This document shows positions 38,901 to 50,013 of a stretch of DNA of 64,000 bases, piece after piece. Source of the DNA: an uncultured candidate division Zixibacteria bacterium (GTDB lineage: Bacteria; Zixibacteria; MSB-5A5; GN15; PGXB01); NCBI GenBank assembly GCA_963702205.1, contig OY969724.1, positions 2,176,001 through 2,240,000 of the forward strand, given 5' to 3'. Each line of letters opens with the position of its first letter. Positions within the stretch are counted from its first letter, which is position 1. A program made the translations under genes and the position numbers. Under the pieces are notes generated by a model that did no database searches, had not been told where the DNA came from, and was given only the letters and a program-made list of their open reading frames with translations.

Positions 38901-41891
38901 GATCCCGGCACCTATGGTCATCCGGATTCTGAAAACGAAAACAACGGACAGGGCCTGAATACGAAAAATGACTATTTTTCTTACCGACTGGACCTGGCGA
39001 GCGACCGATTTTTCGTGGAAGGTTCCGAATTGAACGGCTGGCGGAGTTATCGTATTCCTCTTCGCAACATAGAGGCCCTTGACGAGCAGGTTGGCACTCC
39101 GAATTGGCAGGCAATTGACTATGTTCGTATATGGCTGGAATCCCCGACCGGTGAGGCGTTTAAGATTCAAATAGCCGCTCTGGATTTGATTCAGTCCAAC
39201 TGGGGAGACACCGTCTTATACGCCGATTCGTTGAACAGCACGACAACTTTCAACGTCGCCGTGATCAACAATCAGGAAAATTCGTCGATCTATAAATCAC
39301 CTCCCGGGGTCGAAGGCTATTACGATCAATCCACCCAGACCCGTGAACCGGAGCAATCGCTGCTGCTTCATTTTGACAGTCTGACGGCCGGCGACGTTTG
39401 TCTGGCTGAAAGAAATCTTTTTGAAGCCAACAATTATATGGGCTATCGAACATTGAAGATGTTCGTCAACACGCCGACCGAGGATCTTCCCGAAAATGGC
39501 ATAATCTATTCTTTCCGTCTCGGTCAGGACCGTAATAACTATTACGCCTTTCAGGATACGCTGCATCCCGGTGTGCCCGGTGAGGAATGGCTGCAAAACG
39601 AGGTCGATATAGATTTCAACGAAATAACCGGCCTGAAGGAATATATGCTGGAGGACCGCGTCCTGCATCCCGAGGTGCCCAAAGATACGATTGCCGGAAA
39701 TTATAGAGTAGTCGGCAGTCCGACGATTACAACGGTAAAATACCTGGCTTTATCGGTCGTCAACGTTGACTCTACCAGGACTCCGACCGGTGATATCTGG
39801 TTCGACGAGCTTCAACTGGGTGACGTTCGTAAAGATATGGGGATTGCATTCAGAGCCTCGGCCAGCGGTAATTTTGCCGACCTGTTTAACTATTCCGTGG
39901 GATATACCCATAAAAATCCGTTTTTCCGGGGTCTTTCGAATTCGACCCGGGGCGGCTCGCAGGACAATCTGGGCAGCGGAAAATCATCCACTTCGTACAA
40001 TGTCAGCATTACCATGAGTCTTGACAGGTTTTTCCCGAAATCACTGGGAGCCAAATTACCGATGTCATTGCGATATTCAAAAAGCCTGGATGTTCCTCAG
40101 TTGCGTTTTAATACCGACATAATTTTGCCGGATGAGCTCAGGAATAATGAACGCACGGAAAACGTCTCAAAAGGTTTGACTTTGTCCGAAGGATTCAGCA
40201 AAAAGACGAGAAACCCATTGTTTACGTTACTGCTCAACAATCTGAAGACAACTTTTTCATACAACCGTTCTGAGGGCCAGTCGCCGGCGGCGCCGATTTC
40301 CTTTGGAGAAAGCTACCGTTTGAACGGACAATACAACTTGACCTTCCCGAAAGTGCCGAATCTTAAGCCATTCTTCTGGACAAAACCCGTTCCGATGTTA
40401 AACAGGCTCGACCAGACGAAATTCTACCTGTTCCCTGGATCCTGGAGTTTTAACGGCAATTTCAATCGAAGTTTCCGGCTATCTGAAAATACCAACAATA
40501 TCAGGACCAGCAGCCTGCAAAGGGATTTTCAGGGGCGCATGTCAACCACTTATCGGATATCGGACAATCTCTCGGCCAATTACAATATGGATACGAAACG
40601 CGATTTGTACGATCAGGACCTGGTGAAATTCAGCTTCAATCCGAAAAAATTCAGGTTCGGCCGTGAAACGAGTTACAATCAGAGTCTTAACCTGACTTAT
40701 TCGCCCACACTGTTTGAGTTTCTTTCTCACAAATTCAGCTATGGTGTCAACTATCGTGAAAACCTTAATGTCCGAGACAGTACCTATGACGTCGGGGCCA
40801 GCAAAAATTACGGTGTCAGCGGCAGTCTCGACCTACAAAAGTTGTTCGTAAAGGGGAAAAAGAGGGGGCGGTCGACCCCGAGCGGTGCCGATCGACACCG
40901 TGCCAAGTCGGTAACCGAAGAGAGTGAACCATTTCTGTCCAAAGTGGCTGGGCCGGTGGCCAGGCTGCTGGGCTCCCTGACGGGCTGGATTGATCCCATC
41001 GGTTATGATTACAATGAAAAATTCAATTACACTTATATAGGCATGGTTGGTCGCGCCTCCTGGGCATATCGCCTGGGTCTTACGGACAATACCGGGACAG
41101 CTATCAGAACGGATGTATCCTCGATCGGTAAATCCAATGCCATTAATAAAAATACAGGATACTCACTGAGATCGGGAACCAATCTGTTCGGCGGACTCAA
41201 GCTCGATGTAACGTACAGTCGAAAAATAAACGAAGATATCGAAAGAAGTGTTAACCCACAGAAAAATGTCTCCACCACGTTTCCCGATATTCGCTTTTCG
41301 ATCAAACCGATGCGGACATTCCAATTTTTCAACCCCCTGATCAAGAAGTTTCAACCGAGAACGGGTTTTACTCGCACGACCAGTCAGAATTTTAATCTTA
41401 AACCATATCAGAAGACTTCGGAGACAATTACCACGGCCCAGCGGCCGCTTCTGGCTTTTAGTTTTAATTTGCTGCACGGCATGCAGATAAATTTCAGCTC
41501 TGACCGCTCGGTCACGGAGACAAAAACCTACACTCTGGAAAACAAACAACGAACTATAAGCAAAACAATGCGGGTTTCGACCAATTACTCATTTTCGGCC
41601 CCGACCGGATTCAAATTCCCCATATTCGGACGTTTAAGGTTTAAATCCACTATGTCCATTGCGGTCGATGTTTCCAAGCAGGACGACAGAACTGAACAGG
41701 CTAAGTTTGGATTCCCTTACGGTCCCAGTTCGGAACGAAGCAATCTTACCATCACGCCCACGATTTCTTATTCATTTTCAAGCCAAATAAAAGGTGGCTT
41801 GAGCGGGCGCTGGCAGGACACGAACGACAAATCCCAGGGCCGAAAGACATATACCCGTGAACTGCGCATCTATGTTGATATCAGATTTTAG
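35967..41891 (+). CDS. sprA: SprA/Sov-like type IX secretion outer-membrane translocon
   Basis: ~1970 aa; YKGDEDDIIKTIEAGN, GLFGIKT, AYVDDFEG, EDVGLD, INGTEGN, WFDELQL, C-terminal DIRF; in-frame CTG at 35967 restores a signal peptide. Confidence 0.85.
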   Translation: MNRKLIYLFATAVLLLTAGSIKAGCGVQAKLENPPGYISPYPSEGIDPVVSMDIVNPPQLRMIYHTRPDVIDSDYETGTIVLNSSYYKHGPFEYDYTPRAVDARSFADYRVRVGIERRRNDFKTQTLQKSQRDRGGGLVNLRIPIKSRTVESLFGEGGAGIKVSGYHRINFSGRSTWTDQASTSTYKQSKFPSLNMEQESRFDINGTIGTKISVSVSQDSKTDIPLANRIMLRYKGDEDDIIKTIEAGNTTLSLPNTQFVGYSSRIQGLFGIKTTAQIGALELTAIASQEKGTTERTSISAGASASKSYIRDYNYVQGRIYDLGRLPNLRGITYDKYDFNPGDSIVYIEIYRAVKTNVSPPEAGSALANFYVDPINDDTVYSQTNVVPIDCDYYVQAREHWVLFDQAYAGSQAEIGVYMIVKKVNGGIDTIGSIGDTLKLKMIRSKSPISTSPTWDYMWRNVYYLMQNNIDLDGLEINVYKGGANTEQTGDNVDHQNGVRYINILGLDRLDQSGNLKPDGLVDVKTNLIDATRGFLIFPDRKPFDLDTSWTGIPNDTLEVKVPQIYSSGTGSNGPVENSTYYIEVSNKSRASEVRLGKANIIEGSERITLNGAELQRGTDYNINYDFGQVTFLSADALDPNANLNIDFEYAPFIAAQKKTLFGVRGEYAFSNDLHVGSTFLYKSDKATARKPKIGQETAKTIVWDADVSFKTKTNLFTTLANALPFHKTDVESNLAFSAEFAQSIPNPNVDGVAYVDDFEGARDAYSLSVFRESWSYSSRPQPLTDIHRRARLAWYNPYDQVLTTDIWNRDEPTSGSRTNVLSLEYYPEIKDLRISDVNEDTASHVPENPDLSWAGIIRTLTGGATNQEEAQLLEIRLKGAKGIIHIDMGEISEDVDGNGALTTEDKKGANDIYNGILDPGEDVGLDLIPDADEPGYDSDTLPDPHGDDWYYNGVGDGCNGCGKDDYSHINGTEGNYLDPGTYGHPDSENENNGQGLNTKNDYFSYRLDLASDRFFVEGSELNGWRSYRIPLRNIEALDEQVGTPNWQAIDYVRIWLESPTGEAFKIQIAALDLIQSNWGDTVLYADSLNSTTTFNVAVINNQENSSIYKSPPGVEGYYDQSTQTREPEQSLLLHFDSLTAGDVCLAERNLFEANNYMGYRTLKMFVNTPTEDLPENGIIYSFRLGQDRNNYYAFQDTLHPGVPGEEWLQNEVDIDFNEITGLKEYMLEDRVLHPEVPKDTIAGNYRVVGSPTITTVKYLALSVVNVDSTRTPTGDIWFDELQLGDVRKDMGIAFRASASGNFADLFNYSVGYTHKNPFFRGLSNSTRGGSQDNLGSGKSSTSYNVSITMSLDRFFPKSLGAKLPMSLRYSKSLDVPQLRFNTDIILPDELRNNERTENVSKGLTLSEGFSKKTRNPLFTLLLNNLKTTFSYNRSEGQSPAAPISFGESYRLNGQYNLTFPKVPNLKPFFWTKPVPMLNRLDQTKFYLFPGSWSFNGNFNRSFRLSENTNNIRTSSLQRDFQGRMSTTYRISDNLSANYNMDTKRDLYDQDLVKFSFNPKKFRFGRETSYNQSLNLTYSPTLFEFLSHKFSYGVNYRENLNVRDSTYDVGASKNYGVSGSLDLQKLFVKGKKRGRSTPSGADRHRAKSVTEESEPFLSKVAGPVARLLGSLTGWIDPIGYDYNEKFNYTYIGMVGRASWAYRLGLTDNTGTAIRTDVSSIGKSNAINKNTGYSLRSGTNLFGGLKLDVTYSRKINEDIERSVNPQKNVSTTFPDIRFSIKPMRTFQFFNPLIKKFQPRTGFTRTTSQNFNLKPYQKTSETITTAQRPLLAFSFNLLHGMQINFSSDRSVTETKTYTLENKQRTISKTMRVSTNYSFSAPTGFKFPIFGRLRFKSTMSIAVDVSKQDDRTEQAKFGFPYGPSSERSNLTITPTISYSFSSQIKGGLSGRWQDTNDKSQGRKTYTRELRIYVDIRF

Positions 41892-41940
41892 CCGAATATT
41901 TATTTGACATTTCGTGCACATCGCACTTCTTTATGCCATC

Positions 41941-42864
41941 ATGATTCTGCGAAAGTTCTTGAAAGCGACGGTCATCGGGCTGGCGGTTACTCTTCTGCTG
42001 GCTTGTTCGAAACCTAATGTCGTTGTCCCCGAATTCGACGGACCGCGCGCCTTCAGCTATATCGAAAAACAGGTGTCGTTCGGTCCCAGAGTGCCCGGAA
42101 CGGAGAATTCCGTAAAATGCCGTGAGTATTTTATGAAGTTTTTTGACAGTCTGGGGTTTGCGGTGGATACCATGATCTTCATCCACGACGCCAAAGCCAC
42201 CGGCAAACCCGTGGTGATGGAGAACCTGATCGTACACGTCCCCGGCAGCGACGGTCCCGATGCCCCTCGGTATCTGCTGGCGGCGCATTATGACAGCCGC
42301 CCGCGCGCCGAGTACGACGCCGATTCGACCAAACGCGATACCCCGATTGACGGTGCCGATGACGGAGCTTCGGGCGTGGCGGTACTTATGGAGCTGGCGA
42401 ACCTGTTCGCAAAGCAGAACCCCCGCGTCAATATCGACCTCGCTTTGCTCGATGGCGAAGATTTCGGTCAACCGCACGATGTAAGTGAATATTTCCTCGG
42501 TGCCCGCGAGCTTGCCAGGAGAGGCTGGACCGACAGATACAAATTCGCACTGGTGATAGATATGGTTGGTGATAAGGACTTGCATATATATCGCGAAGGT
42601 TATTCCGATCAATATTCGACCAAAATAAACGATCTGTTCTGGAAAACGGCGGCGGAACTCGGCGAAACCGCTTTTGTCGATTCAGTCAAATACGAAATAC
42701 AGGACGATCATTTGTCTTTCATGACCCGCAATCTGCCGTCGGCAGTAATTATTGACTTCGATTACACTTATTGGCATACGACCCATGATACCCCGGACAA
42801 ATGTTCCCCGGAATCGCTGGCGGCCGTTGGGCGGGTCGTGGCAACCGTGATGTACAGGCTTTAG
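41941..42864 (+). CDS. M28 family peptidase / glutaminyl cyclase-like lipoprotein
   Basis: Lipobox LLAC; AHYDSR, GADDGASG, DGED, DMVGD, DDH, WHT. Confidence 0.9.
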   Translation: MILRKFLKATVIGLAVTLLLACSKPNVVVPEFDGPRAFSYIEKQVSFGPRVPGTENSVKCREYFMKFFDSLGFAVDTMIFIHDAKATGKPVVMENLIVHVPGSDGPDAPRYLLAAHYDSRPRAEYDADSTKRDTPIDGADDGASGVAVLMELANLFAKQNPRVNIDLALLDGEDFGQPHDVSEYFLGARELARRGWTDRYKFALVIDMVGDKDLHIYREGYSDQYSTKINDLFWKTAAELGETAFVDSVKYEIQDDHLSFMTRNLPSAVIIDFDYTYWHTTHDTPDKCSPESLAAVGRVVATVMYRL

Positions 42865-42866
42865 AT

Positions 42867-44252
42867 ATGAGCGAGAAGATTATAAAATCCAGGCGGGATT
42901 TCCCCGCCGTGGAGACGTTGGCTTCCGATGATGCCATATTGAAAGCCTCACGGAATCTGGCTCGTCCGCTGGTAATCGAAATAATCCGTCAGACAATCGA
43001 TAAATTCAAAGCGGGCTTTGAAAAAAGGTCCGGGTCCGTCCGGCTTTCGGAACTGGTTAAGGCCGCCATTGAGCAAATTATGGTGGCTGAGTCCAGACGA
43101 ATAAGCAGGGTGATAAACGGTACCGGTATACTGGTGCACACGAATCTCGGACGGGCTCCGCTTTCTCCGGAACTGTATGATACGATCAAGAGCCAGATAA
43201 CGGGATACGGCAACGTGGAGTTTGACGTGGCCTCGGGAAAACGTGGCAAACGAGGGATTCTGGCGGAAAGATACCTTGCGATGATGTCCGGAGCCGAAGC
43301 CGCGACAATCGTGAATAACAACGCCGGTGCGTTATTTATTATTCTGAACACGCTTGCCCCTCGCAAAAAAGTTGTTATATCCCGAGGTGAGCTGGTGCAA
43401 ATCGGCGGCGGCTTTCGCATTCCCGATATAATGAAAAAGGCCGGAGCGCGGCTTCTCGAAATTGGGACTTCCAACGTTACATCGAAAGATGATTATGCCC
43501 GCGCTCTTGATGACAACCCATCGGTTATCCTGAAAGTGCATCGCAGCAATTTTTCCGTAACCGGATTCAGTGATGAGGTCGATTTGAAAACGCTGGTCGG
43601 TTTGGGCCGCAAGGGCGGAATTTCGGTCGTAAACGATCTCGGCAGCGGCGTTTTTATCGATACCGGTGAGCTGATCGGGCATCGCGAACCGACAGTACAA
43701 GGTTCCGTACGGGACGGCGCGGACATCACCTGTTTTTCCGGCGATAAACTTCTCGGCGGCATTCAGGCCGGGCTGATTGTCGGACGCGCTGACCTGATCG
43801 CCAAAATAAAAAAGAATCCGATCTTTCGTGCGCTGCGCGTCGACAAGACCATATTTTCAGCACTGGAAGTTCTGCTGGGGTATTATCTCGACGGAACCTG
43901 GAAAGATAATATCAAGCTGTGGAGGCTGGCTTCGCGGTCGCAAACCGAGTTGCTCAGGCTGGCAAATTTGGCACTGTCCAGTTTAAAGGCCGGAGAAATT
44001 CTGAAGGCTGAAAAATCCGAAGGGCAGATGGGTGGGGGCTCGCTGCCGGAAGTGCCTCTTAAATCGGCGGCGCTCGTATTCGATAGCAAAGGGTCACCTG
44101 ACAAGATTGCCGAATTATTCCGCTCACTTCGTCCGCCGGTAATCGGACGAATCCGGGACGATAAATTTATGATCGATTTGAAAGCAATCGACGAAGACGA
44201 AATTAACCTGCTTACCCGGTCAATAAAGACCGTCTTGACCAAAATATCCTGA
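42867..44252 (+). CDS. selA: L-seryl-tRNA(Sec) selenium transferase
   Basis: [42 protein letters not shown]-Lys. Confidence 0.95.
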   Translation: MSEKIIKSRRDFPAVETLASDDAILKASRNLARPLVIEIIRQTIDKFKAGFEKRSGSVRLSELVKAAIEQIMVAESRRISRVINGTGILVHTNLGRAPLSPELYDTIKSQITGYGNVEFDVASGKRGKRGILAERYLAMMSGAEAATIVNNNAGALFIILNTLAPRKKVVISRGELVQIGGGFRIPDIMKKAGARLLEIGTSNVTSKDDYARALDDNPSVILKVHRSNFSVTGFSDEVDLKTLVGLGRKGGISVVNDLGSGVFIDTGELIGHREPTVQGSVRDGADITCFSGDKLLGGIQAGLIVGRADLIAKIKKNPIFRALRVDKTIFSALEVLLGYYLDGTWKDNIKLWRLASRSQTELLRLANLALSSLKAGEILKAEKSEGQMGGGSLPEVPLKSAALVFDSKGSPDKIAELFRSLRPPVIGRIRDDKFMIDLKAIDEDEINLLTRSIKTVLTKIS

Positions 44253-44253
44253 T

Positions 44254-46143
44254 ATGTTTGTTATAGGTACCGCCGGACACATCGACCACGGGAAATCATC
44301 GCTTATTTTAAGACTGACCGGCATCGATCCGGATCGTCTGCCCGAAGAAAAAGAACGGGCGATGACCATTGACCTCGGCTTTTCATGGTACGATACTCCC
44401 GATGGGCAGCGCATCGGAATAGTCGACGTGCCCGGCCACGAGCGTTTCGTCCGCAACATGATTGCCGGAGCAGGCGGCATCGACGCCGTCATTCTGGTCG
44501 TGGCGGCCGACGATGGGTGGATGCCCCAAACGCGGGAGCACCTGAGTATTACGCAGCTTCTGGGCGTCAAAAACGGCATAGTTGCTCTGACCAAAATAGA
44601 TCTTGTCGATCCCGACTGGCTCAACCTGGTAGTCGATGACCTGAAATCCAGGCTGGCGGGGACGTTTCTGGAAAATGCTCCGGTTGTCAGGTTGTCATCG
44701 ACGACCGGGGAAGGCTTCGATGAACTCAAGAATGAAATCAATATACTCTCAAGCAAAATCGTCGAGCGTTCGGATATTGGCAAGCCCCGGCTGTATATCG
44801 ACCGGTCGTTTCTCATGCCCGGCATGGGCGGCGTCGCCACCGGGACTCTTCGTGGCGGAACGCTCTCGGTCGGCGATGAAATCGCGGTGTATCCCAGCAA
44901 GAAGAGCGGGCGCATCCGCTCCATGCAATCACACAACAGGGCCGTGGAAAAAGCCTTCCCGGGTCAGAGAACGGCGCTGGCACTGACCGGGGTCGATCAT
45001 CAGTACATCAATCGCGGCGGTGTGGTCGGTTATAAACAAATGATGGAAGATTATCCCGCGGAAGCAATACTGGCTCTAAAGCTAACCGTGCTGCCGGAGT
45101 CGCCCGTGAAAATTTCCGACCGACGCAGACTTTTGATGATAACGGGGACGACTGAAGTCGAAGGTGAAATCAGGACGATATCGGAAAAAGGCATTGCGCC
45201 GGGTCAGGCCGGAATTGCCTTTTTCAATCCGTTTGAGCCGGTTATGGCTTTCATCGGCGATCGTTATATTGTCAGGATGCCCACCCCGCAAGTGACGGTG
45301 GGCGGGGGCATGGTCCTGGACCTGATGAAAAACATGCCTCGCAGAAAAGATTTGGAGCGTTTTGAATATTTGAAGAGACGGCTGGTATATTCTTTGCCGG
45401 CGCTGGTGCAAAGCGAACTGGATAAGAGAATTTTTGTGTCGCGCGAGGATTTTGTTTGCAGCAATTTTGCAAGCGATCGGATTTCGGAATATCTTGCCGA
45501 CCAAAATACCAAGGGCGATCTCCAGTTGATTAACGGGCGATACTACCGCGCCGCCGACGTCAAAGCGGGGGAGACCGCCGTCATGAATGCCGTCAACTCA
45601 ATTTTCGACCGGCACCCTCATCGGGATGGTCTCAAACCGGAGACGATATTGCAGGAGACCGGTCAAACGATTGACGCCATGACTCCGATAATCGAATTGC
45701 TTCTGGCCAATAAAATGTTGATCAAAAAAGGTAATCGTCTTGATCTGCCCGAACGAAGTATCACCATAAAAGGTGAAAAGAAAAGACTGGCCGATGAAAT
45801 GGAAAGTAGTCTTTTGACCGGGTCTTTCGCTCCGCCCGGCATTCGAGACCTTACAGGCAAGGATTCTGACAAACAGGAAGTTTTGGATTTCCTGATTGCA
45901 TCGGGGAAGGCCATCAAAGTCAATGCCGATCTGGCCTTTCATATCGATGTCTGGACCAAGGCCATTGAAAAAATAAAGAATTTATTGAAAACAGATGACA
46001 AATTGGCCGTAAGTACATTGCGGGAAACATTCGGTTGTTCGAGGAAGTATTTGATACCGATGCTGGAATACACCGACAAACTTGGCATTACCCGTCGCGA
46101 CGGCGACTTCAGGGTTCGCGGAGAAAACTTTGGAAAAGAATAG
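44254..46143 (+). CDS. selB: Selenocysteine-specific elongation factor
   Basis: [26 protein letters not shown]-terminal winged helix [11 protein letters not shown]. Confidence 0.96.
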   Translation: MFVIGTAGHIDHGKSSLILRLTGIDPDRLPEEKERAMTIDLGFSWYDTPDGQRIGIVDVPGHERFVRNMIAGAGGIDAVILVVAADDGWMPQTREHLSITQLLGVKNGIVALTKIDLVDPDWLNLVVDDLKSRLAGTFLENAPVVRLSSTTGEGFDELKNEINILSSKIVERSDIGKPRLYIDRSFLMPGMGGVATGTLRGGTLSVGDEIAVYPSKKSGRIRSMQSHNRAVEKAFPGQRTALALTGVDHQYINRGGVVGYKQMMEDYPAEAILALKLTVLPESPVKISDRRRLLMITGTTEVEGEIRTISEKGIAPGQAGIAFFNPFEPVMAFIGDRYIVRMPTPQVTVGGGMVLDLMKNMPRRKDLERFEYLKRRLVYSLPALVQSELDKRIFVSREDFVCSNFASDRISEYLADQNTKGDLQLINGRYYRAADVKAGETAVMNAVNSIFDRHPHRDGLKPETILQETGQTIDAMTPIIELLLANKMLIKKGNRLDLPERSITIKGEKKRLADEMESSLLTGSFAPPGIRDLTGKDSDKQEVLDFLIASGKAIKVNADLAFHIDVWTKAIEKIKNLLKTDDKLAVSTLRETFGCSRKYLIPMLEYTDKLGITRRDGDFRVRGENFGKE

Positions 46144-47726
46144 GTTGTATGTCAACGGGGTAATTTATCCGATGGCCGGAGACAATCGGCCGGTGTCGTG
46201 TCTGGCTGTTTCCGGCGGGACAATTGTCGCCGTTGGCAGAAATCTCGACAAAGACGATGATTTCAATTACTATGATCGTATCGACCTTAAAAAATCAGTA
46301 GTGCTTCCCGGGTTCCACGACGCCCATACCCATATAATGTATGCCGCCCTGTCCGAGACCATGGTTAATCTCGACGGTTTTAAATCCATGAGAGAGGTTC
46401 TGGCCGCAATAAAATCTCACGCGCAAAAACTGAAACGAAACGAATGGATAGAGGGCGTCGGATTCTCCGCCGACAGGCTGAAAGATTATGTGATGCCGGA
46501 CAAATATATGCTGGACAAAGTCGCTGGCGGTCGCCCGGCGGCGATTTTTTCCAAAGACCAACACCTGATGTGGGTTAATTCAAAGGCGTTGGAACTGGCC
46601 GGATATGATAGCAAAACAGCCGACCCGGATGGAGGGGTCATTGAGCGTTTGGAAAATGGTGAGCCGAGCGGCATATTGAAAGAATACCCGGCCTATTCGC
46701 CTATTTATGAGATGGCATCGCGACAGAATAAGACCCGGAGGCTGGAGTCGTTTCTTGATTATTTGCCGCATATATACAGCAAAGGAGTCACGAGTGTAAC
46801 GTCGATGGACGGCCCGGAAGCTTTCAATAATTTCCTGGAGCTTTCAACAAAGGGCAAACTCGGTTTGCGGGTGCATCACTATGTCGCTCCGGAAATCCTT
46901 GGCAAACTTACAAAGGCCGGAATTAAACACGAGCTGTCCGGTGATTATTACAGGGTCTGCGGTGTTAAGATATTTTCCGACGGTGCCCTGGGCAGCCAGT
47001 CGGCCAATTGCTTCAATAAGTACATCGGGTCGAAGGAGAATTTCGGCGTGGAGACCAACAGCCGTGAAGCAATGTTGAAAGTTATCAAGAAGGCCGCAAA
47101 GCTGGGTCTTCCGGCCGCCATTCATGCCATCGGTGATCGAGCCATCTCCAACGTCCTGGATAGCTTTGAAAAAATCCCCGTTTCATATCCACCTTTGAGA
47201 AATCGTATCGAGCACCTGCAAATGATTCGCCGCAAGGACGTCGCGCGCGTGAAAAAGCTCGGTATCATCGCCTCGATGCAGCCGTCGCACTGTCCGTCGG
47301 ATGTCGATTTAATAGAAAAGTACCTGGGGGAGTCGCGCCCGGAACTGCTATATATTCAAGACACTACTGGACAATGAAATTTATCTGGCCTTCGGCTCCG
47401 ATACCCCCATTGAAAAGCTCGACCCGATTTCGGGAATAAATGCCGCCGTAAACAGACCTGTTCCGGGAACAAAAAAAGCGTTCTATCCCGAACAGCGTAT
47501 CTCGGTCGGTGAGGCTGTCGCCGGGTTTACAACAGGTGCGGCGTACGCAATTGGCCGGGAATTTGAGCTTGGGCGGCTGTTGCCGGGATATAAGGCCGAT
47601 TTTGTCGTTCTGGATCATGATATATTCAAAATCGCCCGGAGCAAAATAGGCGACGTTCAGATCAAAGCGACCATATTCGATGGGCGTCGTGTATATTTGA
47701 AAAAAGGCGGCGGTCTGAATCTTTAG
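46130..47726 (+). pseudogene. YtcJ-like amidohydrolase with +1 frameshift at 47323-47330 (real or sequencing error)
   Basis: PGFHDAHTH, HAIGD, RIEH in one frame; FGSDTP...GYKADFVVL..TIFDG continue in the next frame to TAG 47726. Confidence 0.85.
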
Positions 47727-47815
47727 ACTTTCCTGATTTTAACCGCTCTTTTTCACATCCTTTTTAGATTGACAGCGTTTGACCTTTAGGTGTAGATTCT
47801 TGTATAAGGGGAGGT

Positions 47816-49156
47816 ATGAAGATGAAAACATTTCGTATAATTCTTTTTTCGCTGATCTTTTTTTCTTCTATAGCTATTTTCGCCAATGATAACGATAGTA
47901 CCAATGCCGCAGCCGATTCTCTTCCGGCCGCGACCGATACGACCACGAGTCTGGCTTACTTTCTCGATATAGAAGGAGCGATAGGCACGGTTGCTGCCGA
48001 CCGGGTGATTGAAGCCATTAAAACCTGTGAATCGGAAAAGGCCGACGTGCTGGTGATTCAGATGGATACTCCCGGCGGATTCAACGATGCTCTGTGGCCC
48101 CTGACTCGTGCCATTATGAATTCGACCGTGCCGGTCGTGGTGTATGTCGCACCGGTCGGGGCGAGGGCGGCCTCGGCGGGAGTGTATATTGTATATTCGG
48201 CCCATATCGCGGCCATGGCACCCGGTACCCATCTGGGTGCGGCCCATGTCGTCTCCGGTTCAGGGCAGCCGATCGATTCGGTCCTGAGCGAGAAGATCAT
48301 GAACGACGCGGTGGCGTCGCTTAAGGCGATGTCGGAGCGCAACGGGCGTAATTTCGAGTATGCCGAGAAAATGGCGCGGGAGTCGATTTCTCTGACCAGT
48401 TCCGAAGCTCTGGAGCACAACGTTATTAATCTGATCGCCGACAATTATGATGACCTGCTGGAAAAAATCGACGGACGCGAGGTCAATATGGCCGAAGGCA
48501 CCAGGGTGATTCATTCCAGGCATGCCCGAACGGTTGTGATCAAGTTGTCTTTTATTCAGTCATTGTTGGAAATTCTGACATCGCCGAACGTCGCTTTTAT
48601 TTTGTTTTCGATTGGCGGCCTGGGTATAGTGCTCGAACTTTATAACCCGGGCGCGATTCTCCCCGGTGTTGTTGGTAGTATCTGTCTGATTCTTGCCTTC
48701 TACAGCTTCAGGACGCTGCCCATAAATTATGCCGGGCTGTTTTTGATCGTATTCGCGATAATATTATTTTTACTGGAGGTTAAGGTGGTCAGTCACGGTC
48801 TATTAACTATCGGCGGGGTTGTGTCGCTTATTATAGGGGGCATGATGCTTATCGATACGACCGACCCTGATCTTAGAATATCGACGGCAATCGTGATATC
48901 TGTGGCTCTGGCACTCGGGCTCTTTGTCGGGCTGGCCTTCACGCTGGCCTATAAAGCGCGAATCGCCAAACCGACGACAGGCAAGGAAGGCTTGATCGGA
49001 GAAACGGGCGTTGTCAAAGAGAGGATAGATCCCATCGGCTATGTGTTCGTCGCCGGTGAACTGTGGCAGGCCTCGGCCGATGAACCGCTCGACAACGATA
49101 CCGAAGTTATCGTGACGGAAGTTGATAATCTGAAAATAAAAGTACGACGCAAATAA
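47816..49156 (+). CDS. nfeD: NfeD membrane-bound serine protease
   Basis: DTPGG, AASAG, GAAH, TM block, OB-fold GELWQA. Confidence 0.93.
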   Translation: MKMKTFRIILFSLIFFSSIAIFANDNDSTNAAADSLPAATDTTTSLAYFLDIEGAIGTVAADRVIEAIKTCESEKADVLVIQMDTPGGFNDALWPLTRAIMNSTVPVVVYVAPVGARAASAGVYIVYSAHIAAMAPGTHLGAAHVVSGSGQPIDSVLSEKIMNDAVASLKAMSERNGRNFEYAEKMARESISLTSSEALEHNVINLIADNYDDLLEKIDGREVNMAEGTRVIHSRHARTVVIKLSFIQSLLEILTSPNVAFILFSIGGLGIVLELYNPGAILPGVVGSICLILAFYSFRTLPINYAGLFLIVFAIILFLLEVKVVSHGLLTIGGVVSLIIGGMMLIDTTDPDLRISTAIVISVALALGLFVGLAFTLAYKARIAKPTTGKEGLIGETGVVKERIDPIGYVFVAGELWQASADEPLDNDTEVIVTEVDNLKIKVRRK

Positions 49157-49186
49157 CGGAAAGCATAAAATTACAGAGGAGGTAAT

Positions 49187-49987
49187 ATGCCGTCATCATT
49201 GGCCGGATTGGTAGTAATAATATTTATCGGTTTGTTCATTTTGACCAACGCCATCAGGATTCTGCGCGAATATGAACGGGGTGTCGTGTTTCGTCTGGGA
49301 AGACTTATCGGAGCCAAGGGGCCCGGTATCATCCTGTTGATTCCTATCGTCGATAAAATGCAGCGCGTCGACCTGCGGACAATAACGTTCGACGTCCCCC
49401 CGCAGGATGTTATCACAAGAGATAATGTCTCGGTCAAGGTCAATGCGGTGGTTTATTTCCGGGTCATGGAACCCAACAAAGCGATTGTGGCGGTGGCCAA
49501 CTTTTTTGAAGCCACATCGCAAATCGCTCAAACAACTCTGCGATCCGTGCTTGGGCAGGTGGAGTTGGACGAACTATTATCCAACCGTGACAAGATAAAC
49601 CATGAACTGCAGAAGATAATAGATCACCAAACGGAGCCGTGGGGAATCAAGGTCAGCGTGGTGGAAGTAAAAAATGTCGATCTGCCGCCCGAAATGACCC
49701 GGGCCATTGCCCGTCAGGCTGAAGCGGAACGCGAGAAGCGCGCCAAAATTATTCATGCCGAGGGTGAATTTCAGGCCTCAGCCAAGCTTGCCCAGGCCGC
49801 GGGAGTTATTGCTTCACAACCAAACGCCCTGCAGCTTCGATTTATGCAAACGTTGACCGAGGTTTCGGCGGCCAAATCGTCAACTATAATTTTCCCTATG
49901 CCGATAGACCTGTTTGAGCCGTTTATTCGTGAGCGGCAAATTCTCGCCGAACGTGAAGAAAGCCGACGTGCCGGAGACAGCGCTTAA
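49187..49987 (+). CDS. Stomatin/slipin (SPFH) protein
   Basis: [34 protein letters not shown]. Confidence 0.95.
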   Translation: MPSSLAGLVVIIFIGLFILTNAIRILREYERGVVFRLGRLIGAKGPGIILLIPIVDKMQRVDLRTITFDVPPQDVITRDNVSVKVNAVVYFRVMEPNKAIVAVANFFEATSQIAQTTLRSVLGQVELDELLSNRDKINHELQKIIDHQTEPWGIKVSVVEVKNVDLPPEMTRAIARQAEAEREKRAKIIHAEGEFQASAKLAQAAGVIASQPNALQLRFMQTLTEVSAAKSSTIIFPMPIDLFEPFIRERQILAEREESRRAGDSA

Positions 49988-50013
49988 AGACTGATCTCCA
50001 GGGAGAATCTATA

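Noticed and set aside
42867..46143. tRNA-Sec (selC), selD or selenoprotein genes near selA-selB
   Set aside because: No tRNA cloverleaf, selD or credible in-frame UGA gene was found in the window
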